The notes beneath the pieces are model-generated. The model searched no databases. It was not told where the DNA came from and saw nothing but the letters and a program-made list of their open reading frames with translations. The translations under genes were made by a program, and so were the position numbers. From assembly GCA_024137785.1 (NCBI GenBank), contig JAHRHZ010000263.1, positions 25,957,334 through 26,021,333 on the forward strand: a stretch of 64,000 nucleotides of DNA, given 5' to 3'. Below, in pieces: positions 38,088 through 51,449 of the stretch. This DNA is from Ginglymostoma cirratum. Taxonomy: Eukaryota. Position 1 is the stretch's first letter. Each line of letters opens with the position of its first letter.

Positions 38088-38427
38088 GGTGAGTTGGTGG
38101 CATAATGATGATGTCACTGTGCTAGCAATCTAGATCTCCACCAAGGACATGGATTCAACTAACACTATGGCAGATGTTGAATTTTGAATTCAGTTAAAAT
38201 ATGGAATGAAGAGCTGGCCCAATAGCTTCCATGTAACCACTACTGATTGTCATAAAAAATGTTAGTTTCACTCATGTCCTCTGTGGAAAGAAATCAGTTG
38301 TTTTTACATGATATGACCTACATGTGACTCCAGACCCACATGTAGTTGATTCTTAACTGCCCTCTGGGCAATTGCGGATGGACGATAAGTGTTGGCCCAG
38401 CCAGCAATGCCCAATGAATATAAAAAA
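38088..38427 (+). mobile_element. SINE family S1 copy
   Basis: tRNA-like head, CTACATGTGACTCCAGACCCAC core, A-rich tail. Confidence 0.8.
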
Positions 38428-39696
38428 GAGCTCCAGCTCACTGCTTACTCCACCAGACCTCCATCCTGGACGTCCAGCACCAGCTTTTCAGAGCATACTT
38501 CATAGGTAGCGGCTGCACGCATGTCACTTATATGGATATTAACATCTAACATTGCAATTATGACATCCATACCAATCTGCTTCTACCCCTCAATGCTGCA
38601 CTTTGGAGCATTCCAGCACCTCTCATTAAAATACTGCTACCAACAATGTCTGCATGCAAAACAGGAACCCAACTCAAGGATTGGACCAGGGTGCATCTCA
38701 GGGCTTTTCATTGCCTCTCTTAGCACTTTTTCACTTTTTGCCTAGTTTGATGTTCATAGCATCTCTGCCCTGCTTTTCTGTAGTTTGTCCCTCAGCCAGA
38801 GCTAACCGGTTCACCCCACTTCTGTTTTCCCTTGCCACTCAGCACAGGTACAAAGTTTGTCATAGTTGGCAAAGGTGATGAGTCAGTGGGGTCAACATAT
38901 TGTTGTATGGCACTGTATTATGTCAATCTTATACATGCACTATGTTCCAGTCATATATACAGCAAACAGACTGCATGTGCTTCGACTAAATGGCTACGCC
39001 TCAAAGCCTACAGAGCGTAGTACTCAATTAAGTCAGGGAGACACCCTTCCGACAGGCGTTCCTGACAAAGTAAGTCAAGTGCATCAAGGAATTGATCACA
39101 ATAATTTTGCCACATGGGGCAGTCATGGTCATGATCCTCTCTTCATAGTTGGTGAGGAGCAGCATGTGACATTGTACATTGTAAGATGGTGTCAAATTAT
39201 GTTTCTGGTTCTCTATTTCCCTTTGTCTTTCTGTCTTTTTATGTCTTTGTATCTCCTTTTTCTCTTTTTTTAAGAAACAAAATTTCTGAATTTTTCACAC
39301 CTCTGAAAATGCAGAAGGTATCTTGGGCATCTTAAAATCCCAATGCAGCTGCTGACCCAGGCTGGAGTACAGGATTGTTTAAATACTTGGGATTGACAGC
39401 CATGTATGTTAATGCTTATGAGAGACATCCACTGTGTGAAAATTGGAATAATGCCATGCCAGTCTGAAGATAGATCAGAGGCTGAGAGAGGGAATGAACA
39501 TTTGCTAAGTTTTTTGGATATTGCTTCTTGGGGTACTGAACAGCATTTCTGAAAAAGCATTTAATATCCCCTCAGATTAACTACTTTCGTTTCTTGCCCA
39601 TTCTGAATTAGCACCAAGTGATTGAGCCAAATGGGCAGGTCAAAATCCTCAAGTAGCTTGGGAACATTCTCAGACGTCTTGCACCATGACATTATG

Positions 39697-40440
39697 GGAA
39701 AGGTAATGGTGTAATGGTCATGTAACTAGGCCAGCAATCTAGGATCCCACACTATTGCAGCGAGGCAGATGATGAAATTTGAATTCAGTATGGGCTAAAA
39801 AGCTGGCATTATGGTGACCATGTAACCGCTGTCAATTATTGTAAAAATCTATCTTAATCATAAATGTCGGTTAGAGGAGAAAATCTGCTGTTCTTATTTG
39901 GTGTCGCCAATATCTAACTCCAGACCTGCTGTACTGTGGTTGACTCTTATGAGGATTGGGCAATAAATACTTTCTTGGCCAGTAGCTGTCAGTGCCCATA
40001 AACAAATAAAGTGTTGAAGAAGATCAGCTCCCTTTCATCTGAATTAAAGAGCTAGAAAAAGCTAGGAGTTCTGGATTTGATTTGTGGACGTTGTTGTGAA
40101 AGTGAAACATCAAATATTTGCAGTGTGGGTTTTAGATGTGTCACAAATAGTGCTACATCCTGTTTCAGATTGTGAAATTTCTGGAGCTAACCAGTTTGAT
40201 TTGATTGTATTACGAAAATGATTGAGCAATATCTATATCTTCCTTACATTTGTAAAGGCACAGAAAGTAGCTTACTCATAATGCCTACTGGAGTAATAAT
40301 CCAGAGAACCATGGTAATGTCCTGTGAAAATGAGTGCAAATCTTCCAAGATGGCAGATAGTTATTTTTAAATTCAACAAAATCTAGAATCAAAAGATAGC
40401 CCAATAGTGGTTATATAATCATTGTTATTTGTCATCGACA
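39697..40440 (+). mobile_element. Two older S1 SINE copies (39697-40010 and ~40270-40440)
   Basis: Similarity to 40513-40877 (GGCAGATG..GAAATTTGAATTCA; GTGGTTGACTCTTA..GGGCAATAAAT). Confidence 0.65.
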
Positions 40441-40512
40441 CACAGCACACAGTGGCCGTTTCTTAAGCAGCTGTGTGATTAGCAAGTTCAATTGAAACGT
40501 AATAGCTAGAAC

Positions 40513-40877
40513 TTATTTTTATTCGTTAACAGATTGAGGGCATCACTGGCTAGGCCGCATTTATTGTCCATCCCTAATTGCCCAGAGAGCAGTTCAGAGT
40601 CAACCACATTGCTGTGGGTCTGGAGTCACATGTAGGCCAGACCAGGTAAGGGTGGCAGTTTCCTTCCCTAAAGGACATTAGTGAACCGGATGGGTTTTTT
40701 CCCCGACAATCGACAATGGATTCATGGTCATCACTAGATTCTTAATTCCAGATATTTTTAATTAAATTCAAATTCCACCATCTGCCGTGGCGGGATTCGA
40801 ACCCAGGTCCCCAGAACATTATATGGGTTTCTGGATTAACAGTTCAGCGGTAATACCACTAGGCCTTCAACTCCCCC
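40513..40877 (-). mobile_element. Well-preserved S1 SINE
   Basis: Minus strand GGCCTAGTGG (A box), GGTTCGAATCC (B box), body and AATAAAAATAA tail; CpGs retained. Confidence 0.88.
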
Positions 40878-42411
40878 AATGACTTCATGTTAACGGCAGA
40901 ATCACCCATCTGGCCATTGGAAAGGGTTGGGGTGATACCCAGCATTTGTTCGAGAAAACCTTCTCAGCTGCATATTTATGCTGGTACCTTCCAACAAACC
41001 TAGGTTCTGTGACGGATCCCCCTCACTGGGGCTTAGGTCAGTCAGGACTTCAGGATTTGTATGATGGATAGCACTTCTTCCTTCAGCTGCTGTCTCCCGG
41101 CAGGTGCCTTTTGCATATTTTTTTGGGATGAATATAAGCCTCTCCACACTGGATGCGCTCACTGGATTCACAACACACACATCTCTCCACGATTCCACAT
41201 TCTTATGTGATTCCACTTAACTCAAACCATCATGCACCGACAGTTAAAGTTCCACAATACCACCTAGTAAGCTGCTTGCTTCCACATTTCCACCAGACTT
41301 CAGGCCTCAAGGAACTCCCCTCTGTAAACTGTTTTCTGAGGTTGCCCTCCAGCTATTGGCTCAACAACGTAGGTGTATCCTGCCACTGGATGATCTGAAA
41401 TTCAGGGTCCCACATTTCCAGATCTTAATCTAATCTCCTTGATATTCTGAGTTTGGAGGAATATCCTTTCACCAGTTGAAAGGTCAGCCGTGACAACTTT
41501 ATGATGGTTCAAAGTCTTTCTTCTTGGCACTCTGTCTTGGTCCTCTTGGACACTACCTCAGATACCTAGCTTGGCCTCTTGAGATGCTGAGCTATCCTCT
41601 CATTGACCTGGACATCTCCTTCAGAAGTTGTGGTCAGCCCAAGCAGACCAAGCTCAAGAAGGACTGGATCTCTTTCAAGAAGACATAGTGCGCAGAACAT
41701 CCTGTGGATGAGTGTGAGGTCTAGTAATGTTAGAAAGTCCATAAGCAGAAAACAGCTCCAAAGATATTCAGGCAACTTTTGTTTAATCTCAGGAGGCAAG
41801 GTGTGTAGATGGTCACGTAGAATACAACTGAATCATTCACACTGTCCACTTCTCTCTGGATGACAGGGGACAGAGCAGCTCTTTGCAATTCCATAGACTA
41901 AAGTGTCTGTAAGATCCAGCTCTTGAAGTTGCGCTCTGATCACTGTAAATTTGACATGGAACATTAAAACAGTTAAAATAATCACATACGAACTCTCTGG
42001 TTGTAGTTGAGGTCATTTGGTCATGGGTAAAAATGGCCTGTGTGAATTTGGTGAAGACATGTAAATATGAGGACATGACAGTTCCATTACTACTGGGGTC
42101 AAAGATCATAAAGTTTCTAGAGGTCTCTTGGCAACCAGGGATCCCATGCTGGGGGTGAAGTCACTTCCCTGCTTTTGCCAAAGAGCACATCTCACAATTT
42201 CAATAGTAGTCAGTTATTAGGAGCCATCTGGGCCAGTAATACTACTCTCTGATCAGAACAGTTTTTTTCTGCCTCTAGGTGATCTGCTTGATAATGAACC
42301 AATACCAACACTTGACACTTGAGGCTGTCAGGAAGGATGAGTTGCTTCACCTCTCTGTCCTTGTCATGAACCAACCAATAGAATACTCTTGCAGCAACTC
42401 AACAGTTTCCG

Positions 42412-43076
42412 TGATAACAAGGTGTAGAGCTGGATGAACACAGCAGGCCAAGCAGCATCAGAGGAGCAGGAAAGCTGACGTTTCGGGTCTGGACCCTTAT
42501 TCAGAAAGNNNNNNNNNNNNNNNNNNNNNNNNNNNNNNNNNNNNNNNNNNNNNNNNNNNNNNNNNNNNNNNNNNNNNNNNNNNNNNNNNNNNNNNNNNNN
42601 NNNNNNNNNNNNNNNNNNNNNNNNNNNNNNNNNNNNNNNNNNNNNNNNNNNNNNNNNNNNNNNNNNNNNNNNNNNNNNNNNNNNNNNNNNNNNNNNNNNN
42701 NNNNNNNNNNNNNNNNNNNNNNNNNNNNNNNNNNNNNNNNNNNNNNNNNNNNNNNNNNNNNNNNNNNNNNNNNNNNNNNNNNNNNNNNNNNNNNNNNNNN
42801 NNNNNNNNNNNNNNNNNNNNNNNNNNNNNNNNNNNNNNNNNNNNNNNNNNNNNNNNNNNNNNNNNNNNNNNNNNNNNNNNNNNNNNNNNNNNNNNNNNNN
42901 NNNNNNNNGCCAGGCAGCATCAGAGGAGCAGGAAAGCTGACATTTCAGGTCGGGACCCTTCTTCACAAATTTCATGTCAGCTTTCCTGCTCCTCTGATGC
43001 TGCCTGGCCTGCTGTGTTTCTCCAGCTCCACACTGTATTATCTCTGACTCCAGCATCGGCAATTCTTACTATCTCT
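42412..43076. mobile_element. Penelope-like hairpin element(s) (C) spanning the assembly gap
   Basis: Arms homologous to A, B and E on both sides of the gap; hammerhead-like cores at 42476-42507 and 42937-42966 (minus); tail GACTCCAGCATCGGCAATTCTTACTATCTC. Confidence 0.8.
42509..42908. other. Assembly gap (400 N)
   Basis: Run of N bases. Confidence 1.
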
Positions 43077-43547
43077 CAATGAATTTCAAGTCAGGTAGCA
43101 TGAAACTTGTAGAGGTCTGTGCAGATGATGATGTTCCTTATCAGCCATAACCAGCCATGGATTCAGCGTGTCATTTATACCTTTCGGCTGAATGCAAGTC
43201 AACTGCAAGAACAACAACAATTTGTATTTATGTAGCACATTTAACAAAACAAAGTGATTTAGGTCAGTTCACAGGAGCGTAAGTGAACAAAGTTTGACAC
43301 TGGGCCATTTGCAGACAATTTGCATAACTGGCAGTTAGCTTTTTAATACCATATTTGAAATCTGTTACCTGTGAAAGGAAAGATGCAATACAGTATGAAT
43401 TATTTAATGTGTTGATTTTAAGAGCACAGAACTAAAATGTCACCTGTTGCAGTAAAGGTGACTTGTAGGTAAAAGCAAAATGGGCATTCCATTAACAGGT
43501 ATTCTTTTGTAAATGTGCTTCTTGACGAAGTAGAGGAGGGTGAACAA

Positions 43548-43700
43548 GATTGGTTGGTCATCATCATATTGCAATTTGTGGAACCTTGCCATGTACAAAT
43601 TGACTGCTGTACTCCCTACATTATTGTAGACACTATACTTATTCAAGAACTGTAAAACACTTCAGTACATCCTAAGGTCATGAAAGGGTAGTACAAATAT
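43548..43700 (+). mobile_element. SacSINE1/DeuSINE-like 3' fragment
   Basis: ATTGCAATTTGTGGAACCTTGCCATGTACAAATTGACTGCTG matches the 3' Deu-domain segment at 49110-49150. Confidence 0.6.
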
Positions 43701-46700
43701 AAAATACATATAAACATAAGCTTTTTTTCTTAGAGATAAATTAACAAACATATAACTCTTTATCAGTTCAGAATACTTACAGGACACGTTCGTATAAGAA
43801 AACATGCTTTTTAGTTTTTCACATTGAGCTTTAACTTTATTTGCACATTTAATGATACTGATACCTTTAACACCCAAGCAGCAGCCAGACATCTTTTCTG
43901 CCTGGCCTTGTGTCTATATATGTGCCTATGACTATTCCCAATGTGCATCTGCTTAACTTTAATGAAGTCCCACAGGTTGTTAAGTTGCTGAGATGTTGTC
44001 ATAACACTGTCATAACATTGCACACTACTTGCTCAAGCATTGCCAGCAGAAGAGGATTGGTTCAAATCAAGCTTATTGGAGCCACTATATAAAAATTTAT
44101 GGCGGCATTAAAAGACATAATAGACCATTCAGTACATATATTTATTATTTTTTGTGAAATATGTAATTTAAAAGTATTTTGTTTAAATCCTTAATTTGAA
44201 CAACTGCAATTATAATTATTGAGAAAATGGCAGGACTTTACTTTTGCCAGTGACCTATGTGACTGCTCCTTGTTCACAGCGGCCACTACTTAATCTAGAG
44301 AGCCACTGACGTGAAGTCAGGGGAGGGGGACACTGACAGCTATTCTATTTCCTTGTATTGACCTGCTCAGATCCTTGCCAGAGACACAGTCCCTGTCTCA
44401 CTGTTCTTGTCTCACATCTCTTTGGGGTCCAATGAGGATCCCTGGTAAAGGCCAAAGTGCATTATGGCCATGTGGTGTTGCAGGTACCAAAGTGCTGCTG
44501 GCTTTTGTTTTGTTGGCACTTGTTCGTGATGGAGTCTGATTTGCACCCTGCTGGGGGCAGCCAATGGGTGAAACACTAGTTATTAAGACTAGATTCTGCC
44601 CAAGATATATTGGAAAAACAGACTGGTGGGCAAAATTTTCATCAAGCAATGGCCTGCCTTTAAATTTGAGACAGGTCTGGTACAGTTGCATTACATTTCC
44701 AGTAAGGGGAAAGGTAAGACAAACAAAATCAGAATAGCTTGGATGTCTAAAGAGATAGAAAATAAGATGAAATAAAATGATACAAATAACAAAGGACATG
44801 GACCTGATGAATGGAAGGAATCTGGCAGATAAAATTTAATGCAGGAAATTAAGTGTAAAGTGATACATTTCTCGAGGAAGAAGAAGGAGAGCTAATATGG
44901 GAGCATGGAATTAGCTAAAATGCTGCAGTATATAACGTAGCATATGATGGGTTGAATTGCCTCCTTTTGTGCAGTAAACATTCTTTGACTCTGTGATTCC
45001 AGTTAATCTCCAGTGACAGCTCAAGATTCGGGTCAAACTGATTTATAGGGCGGAGTGATAATTAGGAAAGAAAGCTTAAGGAATCGAAGGAGAGGTGATA
45101 AGTGTGAAAGTCATGAATTGAAAGATATCATGGGGGCACAAAGAGAAGAAGGGAAAAAGAGACAAGGGGGAAACAGAACAAGGTCAGGGAGGGAAACAGG
45201 GAGTACATAGGGACAGTCACCAAGGCCGGCAAAAACAAATCTCTACACTGCCATTTAAGAGCAATACTGTTCCTTCGGTGTCACTAGATCAGAAACCTGG
45301 AATTCTCTCCCTAACAGAATTGTTGGTCCATCTACAGCACATGGATATAGTGGTTCAAGAAAGCAGCTCACCACCACTTTCTCAAGCTGGGGATGGGCAA
45401 GAAATGCTAGAATACCAGTGTAATCTATGTCCCACAAGTATATACATTTTAAATATTCAGTGGAGACAGATTTGGGGAAAGGAAAACAATTTCAGCAGAG
45501 GATGGAAGAGCGCAGCAAACAAAATTCTGGGAGCTCAAGCCAATATCTATTGATGAGTCTTGATAAAACTTTATGATGGAGTGAAGGGGTTAGAATAAAA
45601 CTTATAAACCAAGGTTCACCGATTTCCAGTCAAAAGGGTGGAGGTGACTTAATTTTCCACTTTCACCACTGAGAAAGTTCACTGAATCAAGCTTCAATCC
45701 ACTGATCCACTTCAATCTCACCAATCAACTGGTGAGCTTTTTGGACAATCAGAGCTCTCAATGTTGAAGTGCCACATCACCAAATTCTGCTGACCAATCA
45801 CAGTCTGGAAGTCTTTGGGTATTAGAGATCATTATTGACCCTAATTTTCAATTGATCCAGTGGTGAGAAGATAAATATTGTTCTTTTGTGTCTCAAGGAC
45901 TGAGCGGTCATGGGGGTCAGAGGCAAGTGTACGGCTAGGTTTGACCAGCCACCCTCTTGCTCTCCATCCTTTCCCTGATTGCAATGCCCCTCAACCCAGC
46001 AGGCAGGTCACTTTGTTTTCCCTATTAGGAGAAGTGCCATTCTTTTTGGCCACTGGAAGGACAGGTAATCAGGCCAGTGGCAAACTGAGGCCCTCAAGTG
46101 GCTGTTAATTGGCCACAAAAGGTATTGATTACTGGAAAGTCGAGTAGCTTGCCAAGAGACCTTCTCACTGAGCCAGTTAATTGATGATGCAGCAAGAAGG
46201 TGATGAGTATCACTTCAGAGCAACTTGCTCAATTATTTGCCCTTCCTTCTTTCCAGCCTGCAGTGTAGATAAAATTGCAAGTTTTGTTAAAGAGCCATCA
46301 GAAGGAATTACAACTGAGAAACACTGCAGTTAGGAACTGGAGGTGATTTGAAACATTTTTCAGGGGCTGGGAGAAGGAAAGTGAAGTTACATTTTAAGCA
46401 GCAGAGATGTGCTAACTTCATCAGGATTGGTGTAGGTTTTCTAAGGCTTGATGTACTCTGCAGATACGGTCAGAAAACGAACACGATTATCAAAAGGGAA
46501 AGAACTGTTTTTGTGGGGAGAATGTTAGTATTATGTAAGCAGGGTTTTAAAAATCCAAAAATGTTTTCCTATTCATATTGAGTGTTTTCTGTGATGCAAA
46601 CTGTAATGACCATTGAGATACTGAAGAAATGTGATCTCTTAACAATGTCAGTTATAGCAATTAGAATTTGTCAGAATTGTGTAATGTCAGGTTTAGGGAG

Positions 46701-47089
46701 GATACTAAAATTTTAATCACTGGCTTTACTAAACACTTGTAAGGAGGGATTAAAATACTATGCTAAGAGATATATATACGATAAACTTTCTGATAGCCTG
46801 ACAGATGATAAAATATAGTAGTTGGGGGTTAGGTGGGTGAACATGGAACAATGAAATAATGATTGACAAGTTTAGACTTTGTTTAAATTTATTAGAAGTA
46901 TTTCTGAGTTTTGTCATTTTCACATTTATGCTTATTTACTCCTCAGAATAGCTGCTTTTAAAATAAATTTCCTTTTAGAAAGATATGAATGGTAGGTAAA
47001 TAATAATATTGCAATGGGTTCTGCAACTAACACGACCATGACAGCTTTTTGATCATGCATCTCCAGGCTTGATAAATAGATTTACAAAT

Positions 47090-48598
47090 ATAGAAACATG
47101 GAAAGTCGGACCAGGAGATGGCCATTTGGTCCTTGGAGCCTGCTCTACCATTCAGTTTGATCATGGCTGATCATCTATCTTGACACCTGAATCCCACTTT
47201 CTCCCCATACCCCTTGATGCCTTTAAAGTCTAAACATTTATCTATCTCCTCTTGAAGATATTCAGTGACTTGACCTCCACAGCCTTTTGTGGTCGAGAAT
47301 TTCACAGGTTCACTACCCTTTCAGTGAACAAATCTTTCCTCATTTCAGTCTTGAATGGTCTACTGTATCCCAAGACTGTGTCCTCTGGTTCTAGACTCCA
47401 ATCTTGGAAATCATCCTCCCTGCATCTTGTAGCCCTGTTGGAATTTTATGTTTTAATCAACTCCCCTCTCATTCTTATTCCAGTGAATACAGGCCCAGTT
47501 GATCCAATCTCTCCTCATTGGAGAGACCTGCCATGCATGGTTTCAGTTTAGTGAACCTCTATTGTACTCCCTCTATGGCAATTATAGCTTTTCTTAGGTA
47601 GAAAGATCAAAACTGAGCACACTACTCCAAGTGTGGTCTTATCAAAACCCTGTATAACTGCAGTAAGACATCCCTAATCTGAACTCAAATTCCTTTGCAA
47701 AGATGGCCAATACGCAATTCCCCGTCTGAATTGCCGCAGCACCTGATGTCTACTTTCATTGACTGATGAACAAGGACAGCCAAATCACTTTGTACATCCA
47801 CACTTCCCCATTTAAATATCACCATTTAAATAAGACTCTTTCTTTCTGCTTTTCACACCAAAATCTATAAGATCACATTTAGCCATGTTGTACTGTGTCT
47901 ACAATGCATTTGCCCACTCAGTCAGTTTGTCTAAATCACCTTGAAACGTCCTTGAAGCCTCCTGACAACTCACAATCCCGCCTGGTTTTCTGTCATCAGC
48001 AAACTTGAAAATGTTGCATTTCATTCCTTCATTCAGGTCATTTACATGTATCGTGAATAGCCGGGATGGAAGCACTGATCCTTGCGGTGGTCACAAGTCA
48101 ATGTCTGCCACTCAGAAAATACTTTTATTTTTTCCCCCATTCTGTGCTTCTCTGTCAACAAATCTCAGTCCATGCTAACATATTACTTTTGTGAAGCATG
48201 ATTTGCCTTTCATAAACCCATACTGGCTTTGTCCAATCCCATTAATACTTTCTGTTATCACGTTATCATCTGTTATCACGTCTTTTATAACAGCCTCTAG
48301 CATTTGCCCCAATACTGATATTAGGTGATTTGTAATTCAGTTTTCTCTCTTCCTCCCTTTTAATTGGTGGTGTTATATTTGCCATTCTCCAGTCTGCAGA
48401 AATTGTTCCAGAGTCTACAGAATTTAGGAAGTTGACCACTAATGCATTCAATTTCCAGAACCACTTCCTTTAGTGCTCTGGACAGTGACCTGATGATTTG
48501 TCAGCCTTTAATTCCATTAATTTCCCCAGCACATTTTCTTACTAATACAGATTTCCTTCAATCCTACCCTCTCACTAGACCCTTCGTTCCCTAACATA
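47090..48598 (-). mobile_element. CR1 LINE fragment
   Basis: SVDSGTISADWRMANITPPIKR on the minus strand, RT remnants, and a CR1 tail at the left end. Confidence 0.88.
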
Positions 48599-48804
48599 TA
48601 TACTTGGTATAAACAGAAATATCTTGTAGAGATCATAAGGGTGAATTTGACATTGTAACACATGCTTGTGTATAACTTAAATAAATGGATCACCTAACTG
48701 TTGAAATGTATGGTTTGTATGCAGTTCAGATGGGGATATCATCCAATGGATCATATCTATAATTTCATAACACTTAATTATGGTATGATAAGACAATGCT
48801 ACAC

Positions 48805-49225
48805 TGTGTTACTATGACTCAGTTAGTAGAACACTTATCTTTGAATCACAAGGTTCTGAATTCAAGATCTACTCCAAGGCTTGAAGACAAATAGCAAGGC
48901 TAACATCCAAGGCAGTATTGAAGCATTGAAGCAGCTTTGCATGACATTCCCTTTCAGATGAGATATTAAACCAAGGTCCTATCTGATCAGGTAAATGCAA
49001 GTGATTTCTTGGCACAGTTTTAAATAAAAGCAAGTGAGTTATCTGGGTGTCCTGTGCAATAATTAGCCTTAATCAATAGTACAAACGACAGATTATCTAG
49101 CTGTTATCATATTGCTTTTGTGGGAGTTCACTGAATGCAAATTATCTGCTGTGTTTCCGACATTACATCAGTGTCTACCCCGCAAAATGTGTTTAATTAG
49201 CTGGAAAGTGTTTTGACATATCCGC
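48805..49225 (+). mobile_element. SacSINE1-like DeuSINE
   Basis: tRNA head (TGACTCAGTTAGTAG..GAATTCAAGATC), Deu-domain blocks CTTTCAGATGAGATATTAAACCAAGGTCC and ATTGCTTTTGTGGGAG..GCAAATT. Confidence 0.75.
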
Positions 49226-49729
49226 TGTTTAACACAATGGGGTAGACCAGTTTTCCCTAGCAGAGAGGTCTATTACATGTACACAGATTTGAGAGGATTT
49301 GACAGTAGGATAACATTTTTCACCCAGAGATGGCGAGTGTCTGAAATTTGCTGTCCAGTTTGGTGTTTGAGGCAGAAACCCTTAACCAATTTAAAAATAA
49401 CCTGGTTTTGCACCTGAATTGCTGTACCTTTCAAGGCTACACACCAGGTGTGGTAAATGGGATTAGAATGGACGTCATAGTTTACTCAGTTAGCACAGAC
49501 AATACAGGCTGAATGACTTCTTTGTGTGCTGTCAATTTTCCATGGTTATTTATATGCATCAGTCATTTATTTTATACATCATTTTGCTTATCAATATATG
49601 TTTGAACTCAGATTCTACTTTATGTGGCTGTATAAATTTTGAACAAACACTTCTTTTATTCTTAGCAAGGGATTCTTTTGGGCAAGCATTTGTTGACCAA
49701 ACCAATTGATCTGAAACAGAAGGGCAGTC

Positions 49730-50680
49730 TTTTTTATTATTCATGGGACATGGACATTGATGGCTGGGCCAGCATTTATTGCATGTCCACATACATGCCA
49801 TTGAGAAAGTGGTGACAAGTTAATTTCTTGACCTGGTGCTGTCCATGTGCTGCAGGTAGACACACAACGTAGTTTAGAAGAGAATTCCAGGATCTTGACC
49901 AAGCGACACTGAAGGAATTGAATGTGATATAACTTCAAGTCCGGGTGAATGGCTTGAAGGGGAATTGCAGTTAATGGTATTCCCATGTATTTGTTATCCT
50001 TATCTTTCTCTAGAGGTAGTGATTGTGGATTTGGAAGATCCTGTCTAAGGATCTTTGGTGAATCTCTGCAGTGTATCTTATAGATGGTATGCAATGCTCT
50101 TACTCAGTGTCAGCATTCAAAGGAGTGGGCGTGGATGTGGTGCTAATCAAGTGGACTGCTTTGTCCTGAATTATGTCAAGCTTCTTGAGTGTTGTTGGAG
50201 CAGCTCTCATCCAAGCAAGTGGGGAGTATTCCATCACAATCCTGATTTGTGCCTTGTAGATTGTCGCAAATGGAGCTGAACATTGTGCATTCATCGGCGA
50301 ACATTCCAGCTTGTCACCTTACGATGCAGGAAGGGTCATTGATGACACAGCTAAAGATGGTTGGACCTAGCATATCACCCTGGGGAACTCATTTTGTGAT
50401 GCAGTGGTAATGTCCCTGGCTCTGAGATGGGAGCCTGGGTTCAAGTCCCACCTGCTCCAGGGGTGTATCATACCAGCTCTGAATAGGTTCATTAAAAACA
50501 TACACACTGAGGAACTCCTACAAGATGTCCTGGAGCTGAGATGACTGATCTCCAACAAGCACAACCATCTTCCTATGTGACAGGTATAATTCCAACCAGT
50601 GGAGACTTTTTTTCCTGATTCCAGTTTTGCTAGGGCTCCTGGATGCCACCCTGGTTGAAATGTAGACTTACTGTCAAGTT
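49730..50680 (-). mobile_element. CR1-clade LINE 3' portion (second family)
   Basis: IYKAQIRIVMEYSPLAWMRAAPTTLKKLDIIQDKAVHLI, MFADECT (FADD), HTIYKIHC; tail shared with S1 SINEs. Confidence 0.85.
50391..50502 (+). mobile_element. Short tRNA-derived SINE with TSD
   Basis: GATGCAGTGGTAA (A box), GGTTCAAGTCC (B box); 15-bp TSD CACCCTGGGGAACTC / CACACTGAGGAACTC (50376-50390, 50503-50517). Confidence 0.75.
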
Positions 50681-50694
50681 AAGCGTCATCTACT

Positions 50695-50955
50695 TTGCTG
50701 TGAGTCCTGAATCACAGATGTAAGCAAAAGTTTTCCTTCCTTAAAGGAAATAGGTGAACAAAACGGGTTTTTAACAAAAATCAGTGATAATTATCATATT
50801 CACCATTACTAAGACTAGCTATATATTCCAGACTTTATGAATTGAATTTCAATCCCACCAGTTGTTCTGGTGGGAGTTGAACCCATGCCACCAAAGAATT
50901 ACCTGGTTCCTCAGCATCACTAGTCCAGTGACATTATGGTTACCCCACTACCTTC
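50695..50955 (-). mobile_element. S1 SINE copy
   Basis: Homologous to 40620-40877. Confidence 0.65.
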
Positions 50956-51449
50956 CACAGTTGATGCCCTCATATTTCGAGCTTTTCTACCTATGATATC
51001 TCGTCTGAAATGTTGACAGTTTGATACATTTTGCAATTGGGTGTAATGGCCTTGAAATTATCTTGGGATCTAAACTAATTTTTAGCCTAAGATCTATCTA
51101 GGCCAGTTATAGTAGCCTTAGACTCATCTACAACAAGTATATGTAAATCAAACCAACATAAGAAATGACTGATGGAAGAATTTCAGGATTTGTACATCAT
51201 ACAATATGGTACTGTTAACCAGGAGCTGACAATGTTTTTATCCCTATTGAATCGATTAAGATTATTTCACATTTGAAGCAGAATTATGGAACAATCCAGG
51301 TATCTTAGTAAGGGTATTGAAACACTAATACTCTGGCAAACTCACGTTTAATTCCATTGAGTGCTTTAATACAGTTACAATTCTCCTCACTGCCTAACCT
51401 TAATTGTGCCACTGAGTGAAGAAGCAAAGACAGATGGTTCTTCATTCTG

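Larger units (their letters stand above)
40880..43200 (-). mobile_element. Highly degraded Gypsy pol (integrase region)
   Basis: HVFTKFTQAIFTHDQMTSTTTREFV..FNVPCQIYSDQ (integrase core) and a YYWPRW-like zinc-finger segment near 42240. Confidence 0.6.

Noticed and set aside
42364-43062. 232-aa and 139-aa ORFs in the ORF track
   Set aside because: Artefacts of translating through the N gap.
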